DNA from: Lama glama
Taxonomy: Eukaryota
Direction of reading: 5' to 3'
DNA: 64,000 nucleotides
Assembly: GCA_028534125.1 (NCBI GenBank)
Contig: CM052817.1
Span: 42,410,001-42,474,000, forward strand
The notes under the pieces are model-generated. The model was not told the origin of the DNA. It saw only the letters and a program-made list of their open reading frames with translations, and ran no database searches. Position 1 is the first letter of the stretch, and every line of letters begins with the position of its first letter. Positions 13,561 through 26,449 of the stretch are shown in pieces. Both the position numbers and the translations under genes were made by a program.

Positions 13561-14062
13561 AGAATCTCAGTTGCTTGAAAAAAAATGAAGCACACTTTAT
13601 CTGGGTGCTTTGCCCTAAGAATATATTACTGAAGATTAGGAGTTTCAAAAAAAGAGAAAGAATCACCAATGTACTGTACTTTTCTCCAATCATCTCCTGG
13701 GAAGGGGATTCCTTCCCCAGACTCCAAGCCCAGTAGTTTCAGGGACCTCAGTTCTCAGAGTCCTCAGTATGGGGTGGGAGAGGATGAAGGATACTTTCAC
13801 ATGAAGATGTCTGAAGGTTAATAACCTGACAGTGGAAGAAAAGAGAATATTACAGGAAAAGAATACCGTGAATTTTCCCAGGGGGCTTAGTGAGCCCTTA
13901 GAGGACAGAACTTGAAATTGATCCTTGTCTGGAGGGGCAACAGACAGTCTATGTGGAATGGAGTGCTGAAAGCCAGGGGCTGAAGGGCTACCAAGAACAT
14001 TCAGCTGTAAAGAATATTTCCCATACCAGGAAATCCTTAGTGAATGGTTAATAGCACAATGG

Positions 14063-14424
14063 TGCTATGGACTGAATTGTGTCCCTCTAAAATTCATCTA
14101 TTGCAGCTCTAACTCCAAATGGTATTTGGAGATGGGTTTTGGAGAGACAATTAGGTTTAGATGAGATCCTGAAGTTGGGGCCCTCATGATGAGATTAGTG
14201 CCCTTATAAGAGGCACACTAGAAAGTGTTCTCTCTTCTCTCCAATGGGAAGACATACAAACAAGAAAGTCATTTACAGGCTAGGAAGAGATCTCTCACCA
14301 AAAACCAACCATGTTGGCATCTTGGTCTTAGACTTCTAGCCACCATCACTGTGAGACAATGAATTTCTGTTGTTTGCCAGCAAACTAGGAAATTTTGTTA
14401 TGGCCACCAGAGCTAACTAAGACA
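14063..14424 (+). mobile_element. MaLR solo LTR (MLT1A-like)
   Basis: Starts TGCTATGGACTGAATTGTGTCCC and ends TTTGTTATGG...CTAACTAAGACA. Flanked by near-identical 5-mers AATGG/GATGG (TSD). Confidence 0.9.
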
Positions 14425-14519
14425 GATGGTTTCCATTTACAGATGAAAATTTTCTATAAGAGAAAGAATTCATTTCTTGTCACGTGCCACATTCAAGGAG
14501 ATTAACACCAGATTAAAAG

Positions 14520-14800
14520 CAGAAAGGCAACAAAGATTTTACTCTTTTTATGTACTCCCACCTCCCTTGCTAGGTCTGGCTGGGCTTGAAACAGCACCCA
14601 ACAGGTTGGGAGGAGACAGTACATGGGACAGGAAGAATGTGACCAAAGTCCCCCTCTACCCCCAGGTTTCTGAGGCTGAGCCAGGCCTAAGCCAGAGGAG
14701 AAGAAACGCTTTAAATTGGATAACAGACTAAAGATTTTTAAAAATAGTAAATAGCAGCGAGCTTTTCCCCATATGATAAAAGATGAGAAAAATAATGGGA
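14520..14800 (+). mobile_element. Possible ancient LTR remnant (MamGyp-like), perhaps extending left beyond the MLT1
   Basis: GAGAAGAAACGCTTTAAATTGGATAACAGACTAAAGATTTT recalls MamGypLTR motifs. Weak recognition. Confidence 0.3.
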
Positions 14801-14999
14801 TCCACCTAAGAGTTAATCCAGAGTCCAGGAAGAATGAGTCAACAAAGTCAGCTTGAAGGGACAGTGGTAAAATGAGTAGAGTTGCTTTCCGGTTTTCTCT
14901 ACAAAATTCAGGTTAATTAACCAGATACGCAATACCTACTACAGAAAGGCATGGAAATACCCTACAGGAACACATGGAAGTGACTGGGGTCCGGGGAGT

Positions 15000-15610
15000 G
15001 TGGAGCAATTCATGTTGCCTGTTGGGTCAGTAAGGCTGCAGAGAGAAAAGAGACTGTGAGTTGAGCCTTTAAAAATGAACAGAACATTCATATAAGATGA
15101 ACGGAAGGAGGGAGATAAAGACATTCCAAGAGGAGTTAATAATGTAGGCAAAGGAAGAGAAACTTGAAAGTCCTTGAGGGCTCATGGAATGGCGCTAGAG
15201 AACAAAGTGTTCATGTCAGAGAGAGATGGAGATGATTCTACAAAGGTAGCCTGGGGCCACCTGTGCCTTGTTAAGTAATCTAAACTTGATCAACAGAAGA
15301 AATGGTGAGTCACTAGAGATTTTTTAGACAGAGTAATGACTTTGAAAATTATGTGTATGTTGGAGTAAAAGAGGTTGCCAATGGGACACGTTTAGAGAGA
15401 TTAAAATGGGGGGATTGAGAATGGAACTTGGGGAAAACTCTCCCATGTAGAGGTGAGCAGAAGAGGATCCAGTGAAAAGTCAGGAATAGTCACAGAGGGA
15501 GAGAAAACCCAGAAATACAGTGTCACAGAAGCCTGATGAGAACAGTGCGTTTAAGGGGAAAGTGGATGGTGTCAGAGCCTGCAAAGCGGTCACAGAAAAG
15601 AGGCTGAAAG
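15000..15610 (-). mobile_element. L2 LINE fragments
   Basis: Purine-rich antisense L2 motifs (GAGTTGAGCCTTTAAAAATGA, ACATTCCAAGAGGAG, GTGTCACAGAAGCC, GTGTCAGAGCCTGCA). Confidence 0.65.
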
Positions 15611-15829
15611 AGACTCCAGGTTCCAAACCTGTTGTGTTTTATTTTCCACATTTGGAAAATAAAGACCATATTTTGGGTAGTTGAGGTGCTGCAAAACAAA
15701 CAAAATGAAACCAAGTTCTAGCAAATCCAGATTTTTAAGAAGTGACTAATAAAAGGTTTAAATTATTTTTTGCACCACTAGAGAATCATATCAGCTAGGG
15801 TGCTGAGAAACTCAAGGATTTGTTCAATA

Positions 15830-15912
15830 GAAGTATAGTCGATTTACAATGTTGTGTTAATTTTTGGCGTACAGTATAGTGATTCATTTATATATATACA
15901 TTTCTTTTCAGA
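15830..15912 (-). mobile_element. Short L1 3'-terminal fragment (cetartiodactyl type)
   Basis: GAAGTATAGTCGATTTACAATGTTGTGTTAATTTTTGGCGTACAGTATAGTGATTCA, antisense L1 3' end. Confidence 0.8.
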
Positions 15913-16089
15913 GATTTTTTTACATTGTTTCAGGTTTCCTCCAATTTTAAAGAGTTTTCCCAGGATTTGGTAACTGAGAGATATAATCAATATTTTAAAA
16001 GTTGTAGAAAATCATCCAGTTTCACCAAAAGTTATGTTTAAAAAGTAGAAATAAAGTCCTTTCTTTATAAGGAAGTGTAACTGGAATTT

Positions 16090-16280
16090 TAATGTGAGGG
16101 GGACCCTCGTGCCATCTTGTGCATCCTCCCCCAACCCCACCTCTGTTTTGCAGATGAGGAAACTGGAGTTCAGAGGTCAAATGACTTTCTCACTGTTACC
16201 TGGATAGTTATTGGCAAGAACGGGAACAGAAGTCAAGTCTCGTGATACCTCTTTAAAGGTGTATTTTCACTATATCACAC
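16090..16280 (-). mobile_element. MIR SINE
   Basis: TTTTGCAGATGAGGAAACTGGAGTTCAGAGG core. Confidence 0.75.
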
Positions 16281-17832
16281 TGGTGCTTCTTAAAAATTAG
16301 TGACTGGAAAGTAGAAAATGGTCATTAGCAACGAGATGAAGCCCAAGCAGATGCTCGGGTGAGGTGAAGCTTATGGCACGGAGCAGAGACACAATTAACA
16401 AATACTGTTGGATTTGCCATGGAGGAAGTGAGTTTTACGACTTATAACAAAACTCCACAAAGGGGGATTTTGGCAGTTTCAATTCAACTTTCAGCAGCCC
16501 TTGCTTGAGGCTCAGCTTGCTTAATGGGCTGAGCTACCCCAGGTCCTCCTGGGGCTCATTACATCAATGACTGCTGTCTTTAGACCTTGGGTTTTGGAGC
16601 CGAAGCTGCTTGTGCTGCAAGAGGCAAACTAGCACTGACTGTTAATATTAAAGAGCAATAGATCATTGGGACTTAAATTAGCGGAAGCAATTCCAGTTCT
16701 CTTTTGAGGACAGAGAGACATCATGCAAAGCCTGGGATGAAAGTATGCTGTCAACTATATTTTAATCACAGAAACTTGAATCAGCAAAGTCATGTATGAG
16801 CTATATCTTCTCCTGGTTTTCCCCCTTCATTCTGGGTCACATCAATAAAAGTATTATTTTCTCCCCATGGGCCAAGAGATAAATGTTGCATTAAGAAAAA
16901 AAACATACAGTAAAAATGGGGGAGTTACTTGTTTCTCTGAGTAGCATAAATAATGATAAAACTGCAACAAAATCTAACTCACAAATCTGCCAGGCAGGTA
17001 AACCCTGAGTAATTAATTCAGGCAGCCCTTATAATGGTTGCTACCAATTTATTATTCCAAACCACAGTGCCTTAAACTTGTGTCTTTCTTCTCAAGACCT
17101 CTAGGATTTCTAGACAATAAAATAATAAAGTTTTTAAATGGGAAAAATATTTTAAAAAACATATGGGTATGTAAAGAAACAAAGGCATCTTTCACCAGCC
17201 TCATGGCCTCACAGCCTAGTAACCAGTGGCAATAAGATGTTCTGGTCTGGTGAAGAGGGAGAGGAACTTTGGGCTTGCTGTCTATGTGGACGACCTGTCA
17301 AAGTCGAATCAGTTGAAAGAAATTTTGCTGAACTTCACTATCAGTGATAATTTAGAGACTGGATGTGCTCAGTTGCAATGTTTTTTGCCCCTGAAAGGGT
17401 TTCTCCTCAAAGGAGGGAGGCTGCATTAGCCTGTTTAGAAAACACTGCAGAAGTGATGCTAATTCAAGTAAGAGTTCATTTCTTGCAAAACCCTCTGGGG
17501 AACTTAGATGGTTCAGTTTTCAAGTTTAGACTAAAGATGAGAATTAGTGAAATGAGAAGATGGGGCTGAGTCTTGCCGGCCTGCCTTGTCATAAGGACTG
17601 AGAAGTGGGCACTAAATCTGCTGACAACATATGCACTTTAGTTATGAAAATCTGAATGAACAACATTCTGTCACAAGTTTGCTGCCTGTATTCAATTCTA
17701 ACCTTCATTCTGTTGGGGAATTTTCGCATTGAACTAGGCTTGATATTTCACTCTGCCAAGAATAATCGCTAAAGAAAGTGGTGCATACTGACCACTGTGA
17801 TTCATTAAAAAATGTTAATCCTGATGCACACT

Positions 17833-17937
17833 ACCATATATAAAATAGATAAACCACAAGGCTTTATAGTAGAGCACAGGGAACTATATTTAAAATCTTG
17901 TAATAAACTGTAATGGAAAAGAATAAAAAAGAATGTA

Positions 17938-17968
<31 letters not shown>

Positions 17969-18033
17969 ATCTGAATCACTTTGCTGTACACCTGAAGCTA
18001 GCAAAATATTGTAAATCAACTATACTTCAATAA
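17833..18033 (+). mobile_element. L1 3' UTR fragment (cetartiodactyl type)
   Basis: ATAAAATAGATAAAC...AGCACAGGGAACTATAT...CTGAATCACTTTGCTGTACACCTGAA...AAATCAACTATACTTCAATAA. Confidence 0.85.
17944..17968. repeat. (TG)n microsatellite inside the L1 3' UTR
   Basis: Read directly, about 12 units. Confidence 0.95.
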
Positions 18034-20314
18034 CATATACAGTCCTACAGTCTTTCTCCACTCAAAATTGTTAAAAACTATGGCAATATTAATTTCTCTT
18101 GAGTGATAGATTCTACATTGTGGTCTTGAAGTAGGTACCATTGGGAGAAGCTTTGAAAAGGTAAAGCTCAGCAAAATCCTTAAAAATATAAAGCTGTGTT
18201 TATTCTTTTAATTTTATTAATCATGAGTTCTCTAGCATTGTCTGTAATTTATTACTCCTTTATTAAGTGGGAAGGAGAGTGCCAGAGTCAGGACAGCAAT
18301 TCACAAAGTGATGAACCCATAGTTTCTCATAAGTTGCTACTAAAATATACCTGTCTGTTTTTCTTTGATTGCTTTTCTGCACCCTCCACTATTTCTGAAT
18401 CTGGAAGTTTGAGGCCAGAGGAGAAACCAGATGCATCAGGTGGCTGAAGCGAGAGCACAGGACAGCAGCGGGCATGCACTTGCCATCGATGGCCAGAGAG
18501 CTCTGGAACACTGGCTTCTGTTCTGCGCTCTGTCACTGTCCAGTGGGGTGACCGTGGACTCTATTTCCCAGTTACAGCTTGGTTCCTACAAAAATGATGA
18601 CAGGCTACCGACTCATATTGATTGTTCTTCATTTGCTTTGAGACACATTAAATTAAATATACTTTCAAAACTTGAAGTTACATTTTACAAGAGGTAACCT
18701 CAGAATGTCACCCCATTTGGCATGTGCCATGGGTTTGATGGGAAGGAAGGAAAAGGAGGGAGAAAGAGTGGGCAGCATATTCACTCAATGATTCTTTGTG
18801 AAATGAAATTGCTGCCAACGTGTGTCATTCTGACAAATTTCTAAGCAGATTTTAGAGGTTCATAGAGATGTTTAAGGGGTCTGCATTGGCCAGCAGCTGT
18901 GAAGATCACCAGCAAGACTGAATGATTCTCTGCATAAATTTGGCATAAGCCCAGTTAACAGAAAGATGGGAAGTGGAGAGAACAGTATTTTCATCCGCAA
19001 CTCTGTGCCTCCCGGGGGACCACTGAGGTACCCTGTGAAGACCGAGAAGGTGGGGAGGGCAGATTCCTCTTGTCATCAGTATCTACACGTGATGAACGGC
19101 CCCAAATGACAGTCTCCTTCTGAAGGAAAAAGGCAAACTTAGTAAGTGTCTTTTCAGCAATGTCATCACTCAGCATTTAAAAAAGAAACAAGCACAAGTA
19201 ATAAATGTTGATTATTCCAAACATGCAGAATGTAGAGGCTGCACATTACTGCCTCAAAAGCAGAAAAGTTTTCTTCTTTTCTGAAATCAGTGACCCCCAA
19301 ACTCTGTCATTAGTAACAATAATTAAAAGGTGCTCTAAGAGGGAATGGATGGATGATTGCCACTAAGAGGCACATTCTCATTAATTTATTACTGATTTTT
19401 AACTTTGCTTCATTAGGACATGTCTGGTGAAGGCCATTTAGGACTCAGGGGATTTGCCTGTACTTCACGTTGCCTCCATATTGGTTCCAGGGAAGGAGGA
19501 TCATTTCAGTTTGTTGTCCTCCATGGACCTATATGTACAGGGAGGTGGAGAGAAACCTACTGCCTTGTAAATCTCCCAATCAAGGAAGTGGTCAGCTTCC
19601 TTAGGATGTTCCTGAGACTGACGGAATGGGTCTTTAGGAGGCAGTTCTGGGAAACAATCATCAGCTGAGCACACTGTGAAGCAGTCTGCATGTCATTTAT
19701 GCTTTTACGTCAGTGAGCAGTATGAATAAAATTCGACTCTGTCCCCGATAAATTAGGTGCCCTGTCTCAAGGATTCTGAAAACACTCTAGGCTTAGTGTC
19801 CCTCACTATCTTTTGCTCTCTGCGTTTCCAGCTCTCACGTAGTTCATGAAGATTGCCTCTTAGGGGACAGGGAGCTCTCCTCCATGTCTGGTCTTCCAGC
19901 CACGCAGCAGGGGCCACCACACCTGACATGAGAGGGTTCCTCCCAAAAATGTTTTCTAATGAGCTCACTAAACAGAGAACTTTTTTCTTTTAAAAATACT
20001 CCTGGCCAAATAAATTATTCTTATCATGTCTCTGCCTTAGGGCTAAACATCTAGATCTATGTCTCTTGATTTCCCCATGGATCTCTCTTGTGATGGGGAT
20101 GTGAAGGCATAAATTGATCTTTCCCAGCATTGGGCTACCACCAAGGAGACTCGAATTAGGCATTTGTTGGAGGTCAATGGCATAATTTACTAGAGCTTGT
20201 CTGTCTCCTTTAGAACAGCAAATGCCATACCAAATGCCCTTGAACTTTATTTGAAAGGATCAACTCTTTAGGATTCTCTAGGGTGAAATTTTCCCCATTG
20301 TTATCACTGCTTTC

Positions 20315-20400
20315 ATCTCCACCAAGCCTAACACAAAATCTGGTATAAAGTAGACCCTGAGTAAATGAATAACTGAATAAATAAAGTGTTAGTTCATGCC
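20315..20400 (+). mobile_element. L2 3' terminal fragment
   Basis: GCCTAACACAAAATCTGGTATAAAGTAG...GTAAATGAATAACTGAATAAAT. Confidence 0.55.
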
Positions 20401-21339
20401 ATGGATGCAATGGTCTTTTATATTCTTTTCCCCAGGTATGGAAAATGTAATCTAAGATCATCTGAAATAAACCCTTGAATAAGAACTGAAAATCATACTT
20501 GCTTTAGTCATGTAAATAAAGTAAAGTATTGTTTTGCTTAATTTGGTGGAAGGCTTGGAAATCTGGATTATGCTTTTAGGTATTTTTTAAGCAAATCTAT
20601 TAAAGGCAAGAGAACATCCAGATTGCCAATGGTAAAATAAATGCACAAAATGAATCCATTATCCAACACTCATAGAGCACTGTTTACCAATGATTAACAA
20701 ATCCAACTGATATTAAGAACTTAGCCCCCTCTAATGGAGCAGACCATGGGGAAATATCAAAGAAGTGCTAACAGCTGGCTTGTTAATATTCTCAGCCTTT
20801 TTTCTTTTACAAGAGAAAACAAATGGGAAAACACAAAAGCAATGACAGAGTAGTCCTCTTTAAGATCAACCATAAAAAGTTAAAGTACCAACTAGATTGA
20901 CAGCATGACCACTTCCTGGATCAGAAATTCTAGTATTGGATATCAGGAATTGAAACTGCTATTAGCTTAAGGAGCACTGATATACAAGCAACTAATTTTA
21001 CTCTTTAGCAAATACTTCACTAATAGAAAGACCCAATTACAGATCCTAATGGCGAAGAGCATTTATCTCATTAAGTCACTGCCACATGCCATCTGTTTCC
21101 AAGTCAAGTCCATATGAAAGAGCCCTTCAAACAGCAAAAAGAACATAGAGAACGTCAAATCTCACCTTGCTCTCGTGTTTTTTTTAATATCTCAGTTTAT
21201 TCTGAACCACTGTGAAAGTAGTCATTTGAAAAGGTAAAAATGAAAGGTTAAATACAGAGCTAATCCTTTCAAGAACAAGGTGCGATCCTGTCTTTTGGAT
21301 TCCCTCTGCCCTTCCTCTCTTCCTTCTACACACACAGAT

Positions 21340-21590
21340 TAGGTCCCATCTCGAATGTCACTTGGTCAAAGATGCCTTCCCTGACTCCGACATGGAAAGC
21401 TCCCTGGCCATATGCAGTGCATGTTGGCTAGATCACCAGCTCATCGTTTGTGAGTTTCCAGGGTGCTAAGGCAACTTTCATCTTTGATATAGTTCTAGTC
21501 TCTCTAGTACTCAGTGAAGTGCCTGGCACATGGTAGATATTCAGTCCACATTTGTTAAACGAATGAACAAACGAATGAATAAGAAGATTA
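21340..21590 (+). mobile_element. L2 3' end
   Basis: AGTGCCTGGCACATGGTAGATATTCAGT...TTTGTTAAACGAATGAACAAACGAATGAAT. Confidence 0.8.
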
Positions 21591-23771
21591 AATGGCAAAG
21601 ATACAACTGTTCCAGCATCACCCAAAACTAAGCAGAGATTTTTAGATACTCTCTAGTGAGTATTAACTGGAAAGAAACACCGAGAGACACTTTTTTATCT
21701 TTCCCCTCCTGGGCCTGATAAGGCAGAGGGGGTAGTATGATCCCCTTACAGCTTCTTGTATGAAAATACTAAATCCCTAAAGGACCACCTGTGGAGGATA
21801 TCTCTCTGAGTCATTGTAAGCACCAGTTCTGAATGGCTTCTTGGATCTCCTGAAATTTTAGTTTCAGTTTTAAACCAGAAGAGAATCCAACCAGTTATTA
21901 CGAGGCTAGAACTCATCCCCTGGGCCCTCTTATTCCAGCTGTTTGAAAAAATAAATTTCCTAATTATATTAGACTATCTCCCCTCACACAACTTACAATG
22001 GGACTCAGGACCCACACTGAAAGAAACTAATTATATGTGGGAACATCTGAGGACACTGTAGTCCAGCTAATAAAACATAAGGCAAAAGATTGGTAAAATC
22101 CAATTCTACTAAATGGAGAAGCATTTTGATTTATCACCTTATAGAGTAGTAATCAAACTCTTTCAGTTTAAGTATGACTGATACAAGTATATAAAAAACA
22201 AAAACTGATGTTCACACACCTTCATGAATACAAAATGGCTTAGATGGTGAAATAAGCCTTCTATTTCACTATCTGAAGTAGGAGGAAGTCTTGATGTAGT
22301 TTCCAGATTTTAGCTGTTTTGGTTTTGAAAGGTTATAGCACAATGAATTAAGAAGATCTCGTAAAACATCTTGTTTTGAACTGAGCATGCATTTACATTT
22401 AATTGTACAGTGTTGAACTTGAAAGCATTTTAGGGTTTTTAAATTTCTCCTCAAGTTATTTTTATGTAATTCCAAGGGAAAAATGCTAAACTCTGTAAAT
22501 ACTTCATTCTTGTTTTGACGTATATGTGTGCATGGTAATTGCTCTTTGTTTCATCTTCACTTTTGTGTTATGTGTAAGTATGCATCTGTGCATGTAATAA
22601 TTGCTATTTTGTTTCCTTTTCTGCCTCTTTTGTTCTTTTCGATTAGAAAATAAGTAAATGTAATAAAAGATTATTGAAAATAAGGGTTAATCTTAAACCT
22701 ACTCTTTAAGGAAAATAATGATATCTTTTCTTTGTGTCTATTTTCACTATATAAATATTAATTAACATGGATTTAGCATTTAAAAGAAGTGTTTCCAATT
22801 TATACTGTAGTGTGAGAAATTATTAAATATATAGGTTCAAGCTTTTATTCTCAAGCTAATACTTCTTGTATTAAATGCCGAATGATCCCTAAAGGAAAAC
22901 TGCAGTATATCAGAGCATCTTTGCACTTTGGAGCACACTCTCCACTAGGAATATATTATAACAATATATAATGTAACTGATTCCAGCATGACTTAAATTT
23001 GCTCCTATATGTATAAGTGAAAGTTTTGCTATCTTAATATACATATCATGGTAATCTTCTAATCAAATTTCAGAAGAATTAAGAAGGGAAATTTTTGTAT
23101 TGATATGGGTTGAGGGGTCTTAAAGTGAGTATAGCGGGATGAAAAGAGAATGAGATTGTTGAGAATGTTTATAAATATTGCTGAGGCTGAAATGTGTGGC
23201 TGATGAGAGAAGAAAGTAAATTAAAGCCAAATTAATGATTAGGAAAGTGTCTTCATTAAGTCTAATGTAATAGGAGGAATGGAGTGAAAACTGGATGAAT
23301 GAGAGTATTTTCAAAGTGGGCTAATTAAGTCTTCAGAGGTGAAGGAACTCCCCGTAATGATGAGGTCAGGAAGAATCAAGAGAATGTGTTCTGAAATGGA
23401 GACGAGATAACAGAAGTATGAGGCTACTTAATGGACAAAGTGATGACCAAAATGGCAGTAGCATTTGGGGCTGGAGGAAACCTGTGACTTTGACACCACA
23501 GTTGCCAGCGAATTGGTCAAGAGTCCCTTGGATGTAGGCAAAACTGCAAGGAGTAGAAGACAAAGAGGGACTTATCCCTGGGGAGTCAGAGCAATGCGTT
23601 TGTGACCTGGAAGCCACAGTGAAGACCTGTAGAAAGCCAGTTGTGTCACAGACAGAGAAAAAGCAGTTTCCATTGTGAGACCTGCAAGTGTGGGTCCTTT
23701 ACCAATGAGCCAAGTTTCCAGAATGGAAGGAAGTGGAAGGAGCATTGGGTGAAGAATATGAGACAGAACAG

Positions 23772-24315
23772 GCTGCTAGCAGACACTGGTGTTCCACTCA
23801 GATCCCATCAATCCTTGCACACGTTCTCTGAGCCCCGCTGCTCAGAGCCCCATGCCCAGGCCCCCACCCCCACAGCCCAGCAACCTGGCCTTCATAGAGT
23901 TTCCAGATTAACTAACAAAAATACAGGATGGACAATTCAACTTGAACTTCAGGTAAACAACAAAGAATTTTTTTAGTATAAGTTTGTTCCATGTAATATT
24001 TGAGACATACAAAAAGAATTCATTATTTACTTGAAATTCAAATTTAAGTGAGTGTCATATTTTATCTGGCAACCCTTTGAGGGGAATCAACTTGCAGGAG
24101 TAATTTAGGTGGCAGGGCTCCTCTGAGGGACCAGGTGAGGCCAAATTTTTGCCTGAAAATGGACCCTTGCTGGATGTCTTCCCTCACCCTGCTCTGCTTC
24201 CCCCACCCTGCTCTGCTTCCCCCTGTCTCTGCCAGGTCCTTCCCAGGTACCAGAATGAGTCACTCGTACACCATTCTTGTCTCAGGGTTTGTTCCTGTGG
24301 AATCTGAATTCCGAT
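23772..24315 (+). mobile_element. ERVL solo LTR (LTR16-like), interrupted by MER53
   Basis: TAGCAGACACTGGTGTTCCACTCAGATCCC start, and CCCTGCTCTGCTTCCCC...TCTTGTCTCAGGGTTTGTTCCTGTGG end motifs of the LTR16 group. Confidence 0.65.
23896..24076. mobile_element. MER53 palindromic non-autonomous DNA transposon (MITE)
   Basis: Termini AGAGTTTCCAGAT / ATCTGGCAACCCT. Internal arms TTGAACTTCAGGTAAACAAC and ATTATTTACTTGAAATTCAAATTTAA match the MER53 fold-back structure. Confidence 0.85.
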
Positions 24316-24409
24316 GAGGAGTTTACTTTGAGAGAAACTGAGTATAAAATAGGAAGAGTTTGCAGGGAGGTTGGCAATGGGACCGTGAGTTAGGAGGGAG
24401 CAAAAGGAA

Positions 24410-24525
24410 GGAAATTTGCCCCAGTTTTACAGAGGAGGAATTTTCCTGACTTGCCTGGCTCACAGAGTTAGAAAGTGGCATTGCTGAGGTTCAAATGTAG
24501 ACAGGTCTGGTGCCTAAGCCCTTGC
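24410..24525 (-). mobile_element. MIR fragment
   Basis: CCCCAGTTTTACAGAGGAGGAA...TGACTTGCC...TCACAGAGTTAGAAAGTGGCA. Confidence 0.65.
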
Positions 24526-25083
24526 ATGTGTCTCCACACACACTCCGTCTCTAAGGCACAGAAACAAGCAAGAGACTGGCTGAGCACAGGGCTTTGATAA
24601 CAGACCACCGCGTACCATCTCAGGGGGAACAACATGCTGATGTCAAAGGAAGGAGCCTGGTTTGTACTGTGTGTGGTGCCTCAGAGGAACAGATCACAGC
24701 AATGGATGGAATGAACTCATTTCAAGGTCTGAGGCCTGAAAGGAACATTCTGGTAAAACAGAGTCCAGAGCTGGGATGCTTCCATATTCTTCCCAAGTGC
24801 TGAAGCCATTGGTAGTATCTCCCTGTGGCACTGGGAGGACCGGGATTGGAACGGAAATCATCTTTCCAAATGCCCTTAATAGAACATAGACGTGCTCTCA
24901 GGAGACTTTCCAGTATGAATCACTTAAAGGCCCATGTTTCTCCCTTATTATTTAAATGTTCCTTATGCAACACGTTCCAGGTTAAAAATCACAACCATTT
25001 TTAGGTGAAAACATAACACTATTTTTAAAGTAAAATATAGTTACTTAAAGATGCCTTAGTAATTTATGTAATGTTCTTTGTAA

Positions 25084-25167
25084 TTTTTTTAATGGAGGTA
25101 CTGGATTGAACCCAGGACCGTGTGCACTTTAAGCATATGCTTTACTACTGAGCTATACCCAGCCCCC
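25084..25167 (-). mobile_element. Camelid tRNA-derived SINE (vic-1-like)
   Basis: Reverse complement reads GGGTATAGCTCAGTAGTAAAGC...GGTCCTGGGTTCAATCCAGTACCTCCATTAAAAAAA (A box, B box, A tail). Imperfect TSD TGTAATTT/TGTGATTT. Confidence 0.85.
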
Positions 25168-25819
25168 TGTGATTTCTTTACTATGATCTAATTTTCCTTT
25201 TATTCTCATTAACATACATTCCTTAACTATGAAATATTAGTGATAATAAATAATAATAGTGTTTTTCAATTGGAGGAGATTAAAAGTTTGAGAAATGGTG
25301 TGGCTAGGGGATGTGGAATATATCTTTGGCATTTGGACAGCTGTGGCTCCAAAATTTGGAGCTAAGAGTCAAGCAAAGAGTGTTTTATTGCCAGTATCTA
25401 AAACAAATTTTATTGGAAACTTTTATGTTTGTAGGTTTGAGTAGTTTTTATAGTGAAGAGTTCTGAAAACTGCTATAAAATTTTGCCTTGGGGGTTATGA
25501 TTACATTTGTATCTTTCCCAAACTTATATAAATAAAAAAGACAGTTTTTACTGTGAAAGCTTAAAAGGTTAGAGAGGTATTTGGTCTGTGATGAACCTTT
25601 TATAGGTTTGATGTTATAGGAATTTATTTTAAAAATATCAATAAAAATACAACTCTCAGGCCTTGATAAAGAAATTGCAGGAAACTTGACGTTGAAGTTT
25701 CTATTCAAATAGACTGACTAAGATAATTTAATTAATTTACTGTACCATGCAAACCATCTTTAATGTTAGCTGATAATGTTAGCTGATGCTACAATTTCAC
25801 ATGGTTGTGATATGTAATT

Positions 25820-25978
25820 TACAATGTTTTTTGGTGGCTAGACAGTAACAGGAGGTAGAATTTTTCTTGCTGGAGCTGTTTACACATAGGCTGGACAATC
25901 ACGTGGCTTGGAAACAGACACATCTGAGAGGAGACCAGAGGAACCCTAAGATCACTTTCCAAACGAGACACTGATTTT
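25820..25978 (+). mobile_element. L3/CR1 LINE 3' end (very old)
   Basis: GGAGGTAG...GCTGGAGCTGTTTACACATAGGCTGGACAATCAC...CTAAGATCACTTTCCAA resembles the CR1/L3 terminus. Confidence 0.5.
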
Positions 25979-26149
25979 TCAGCTGTAGGGGGAATCATTT
26001 AAAAATAATATGGGGGAAATATCTCCCTTTCTTCCTCTTCTTCACGCTAGAGGTTTTTATCTCGCAAAGACAAGTTCTATACCAAAGAGAGAAGAGGATG
26101 AGGCAGAAGGAAGAATGGGTGAGAGGGAGGGCGAAAGGGAGGGAGGAGA

Positions 26150-26310
26150 CATTTACAGCATAAATCATGTATCACACATGATCTAAAGTAACTATGTAAG
26201 GAAGGAAGTGATTCCTCATTTTCCAAGTGAGGTAACTGACTCAGTGTAGAACTAGAATTCAAACCTGAATCTCCTGGAGACCCAGACCTGTACTTTTCCC
26301 CATTATATCG
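26150..26310 (-). mobile_element. MIR fragment
   Basis: ATTCCTCATTTTCCAAGTGAGGTAACTGA...AGAACTAGAATTCAAACC. Confidence 0.6.
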
Positions 26311-26449
26311 GTTTTTAGATTTTACAACTTACAGCAAAAATTGAGATCAAAAGTGAGGAAGTGATTGTCAATTTATCATATATGTAATAATACATAATAG
26401 AGAACATGAATTTGGGCTTCTAAGGCACTTGTCCAGAAAGCTTCTGGCT

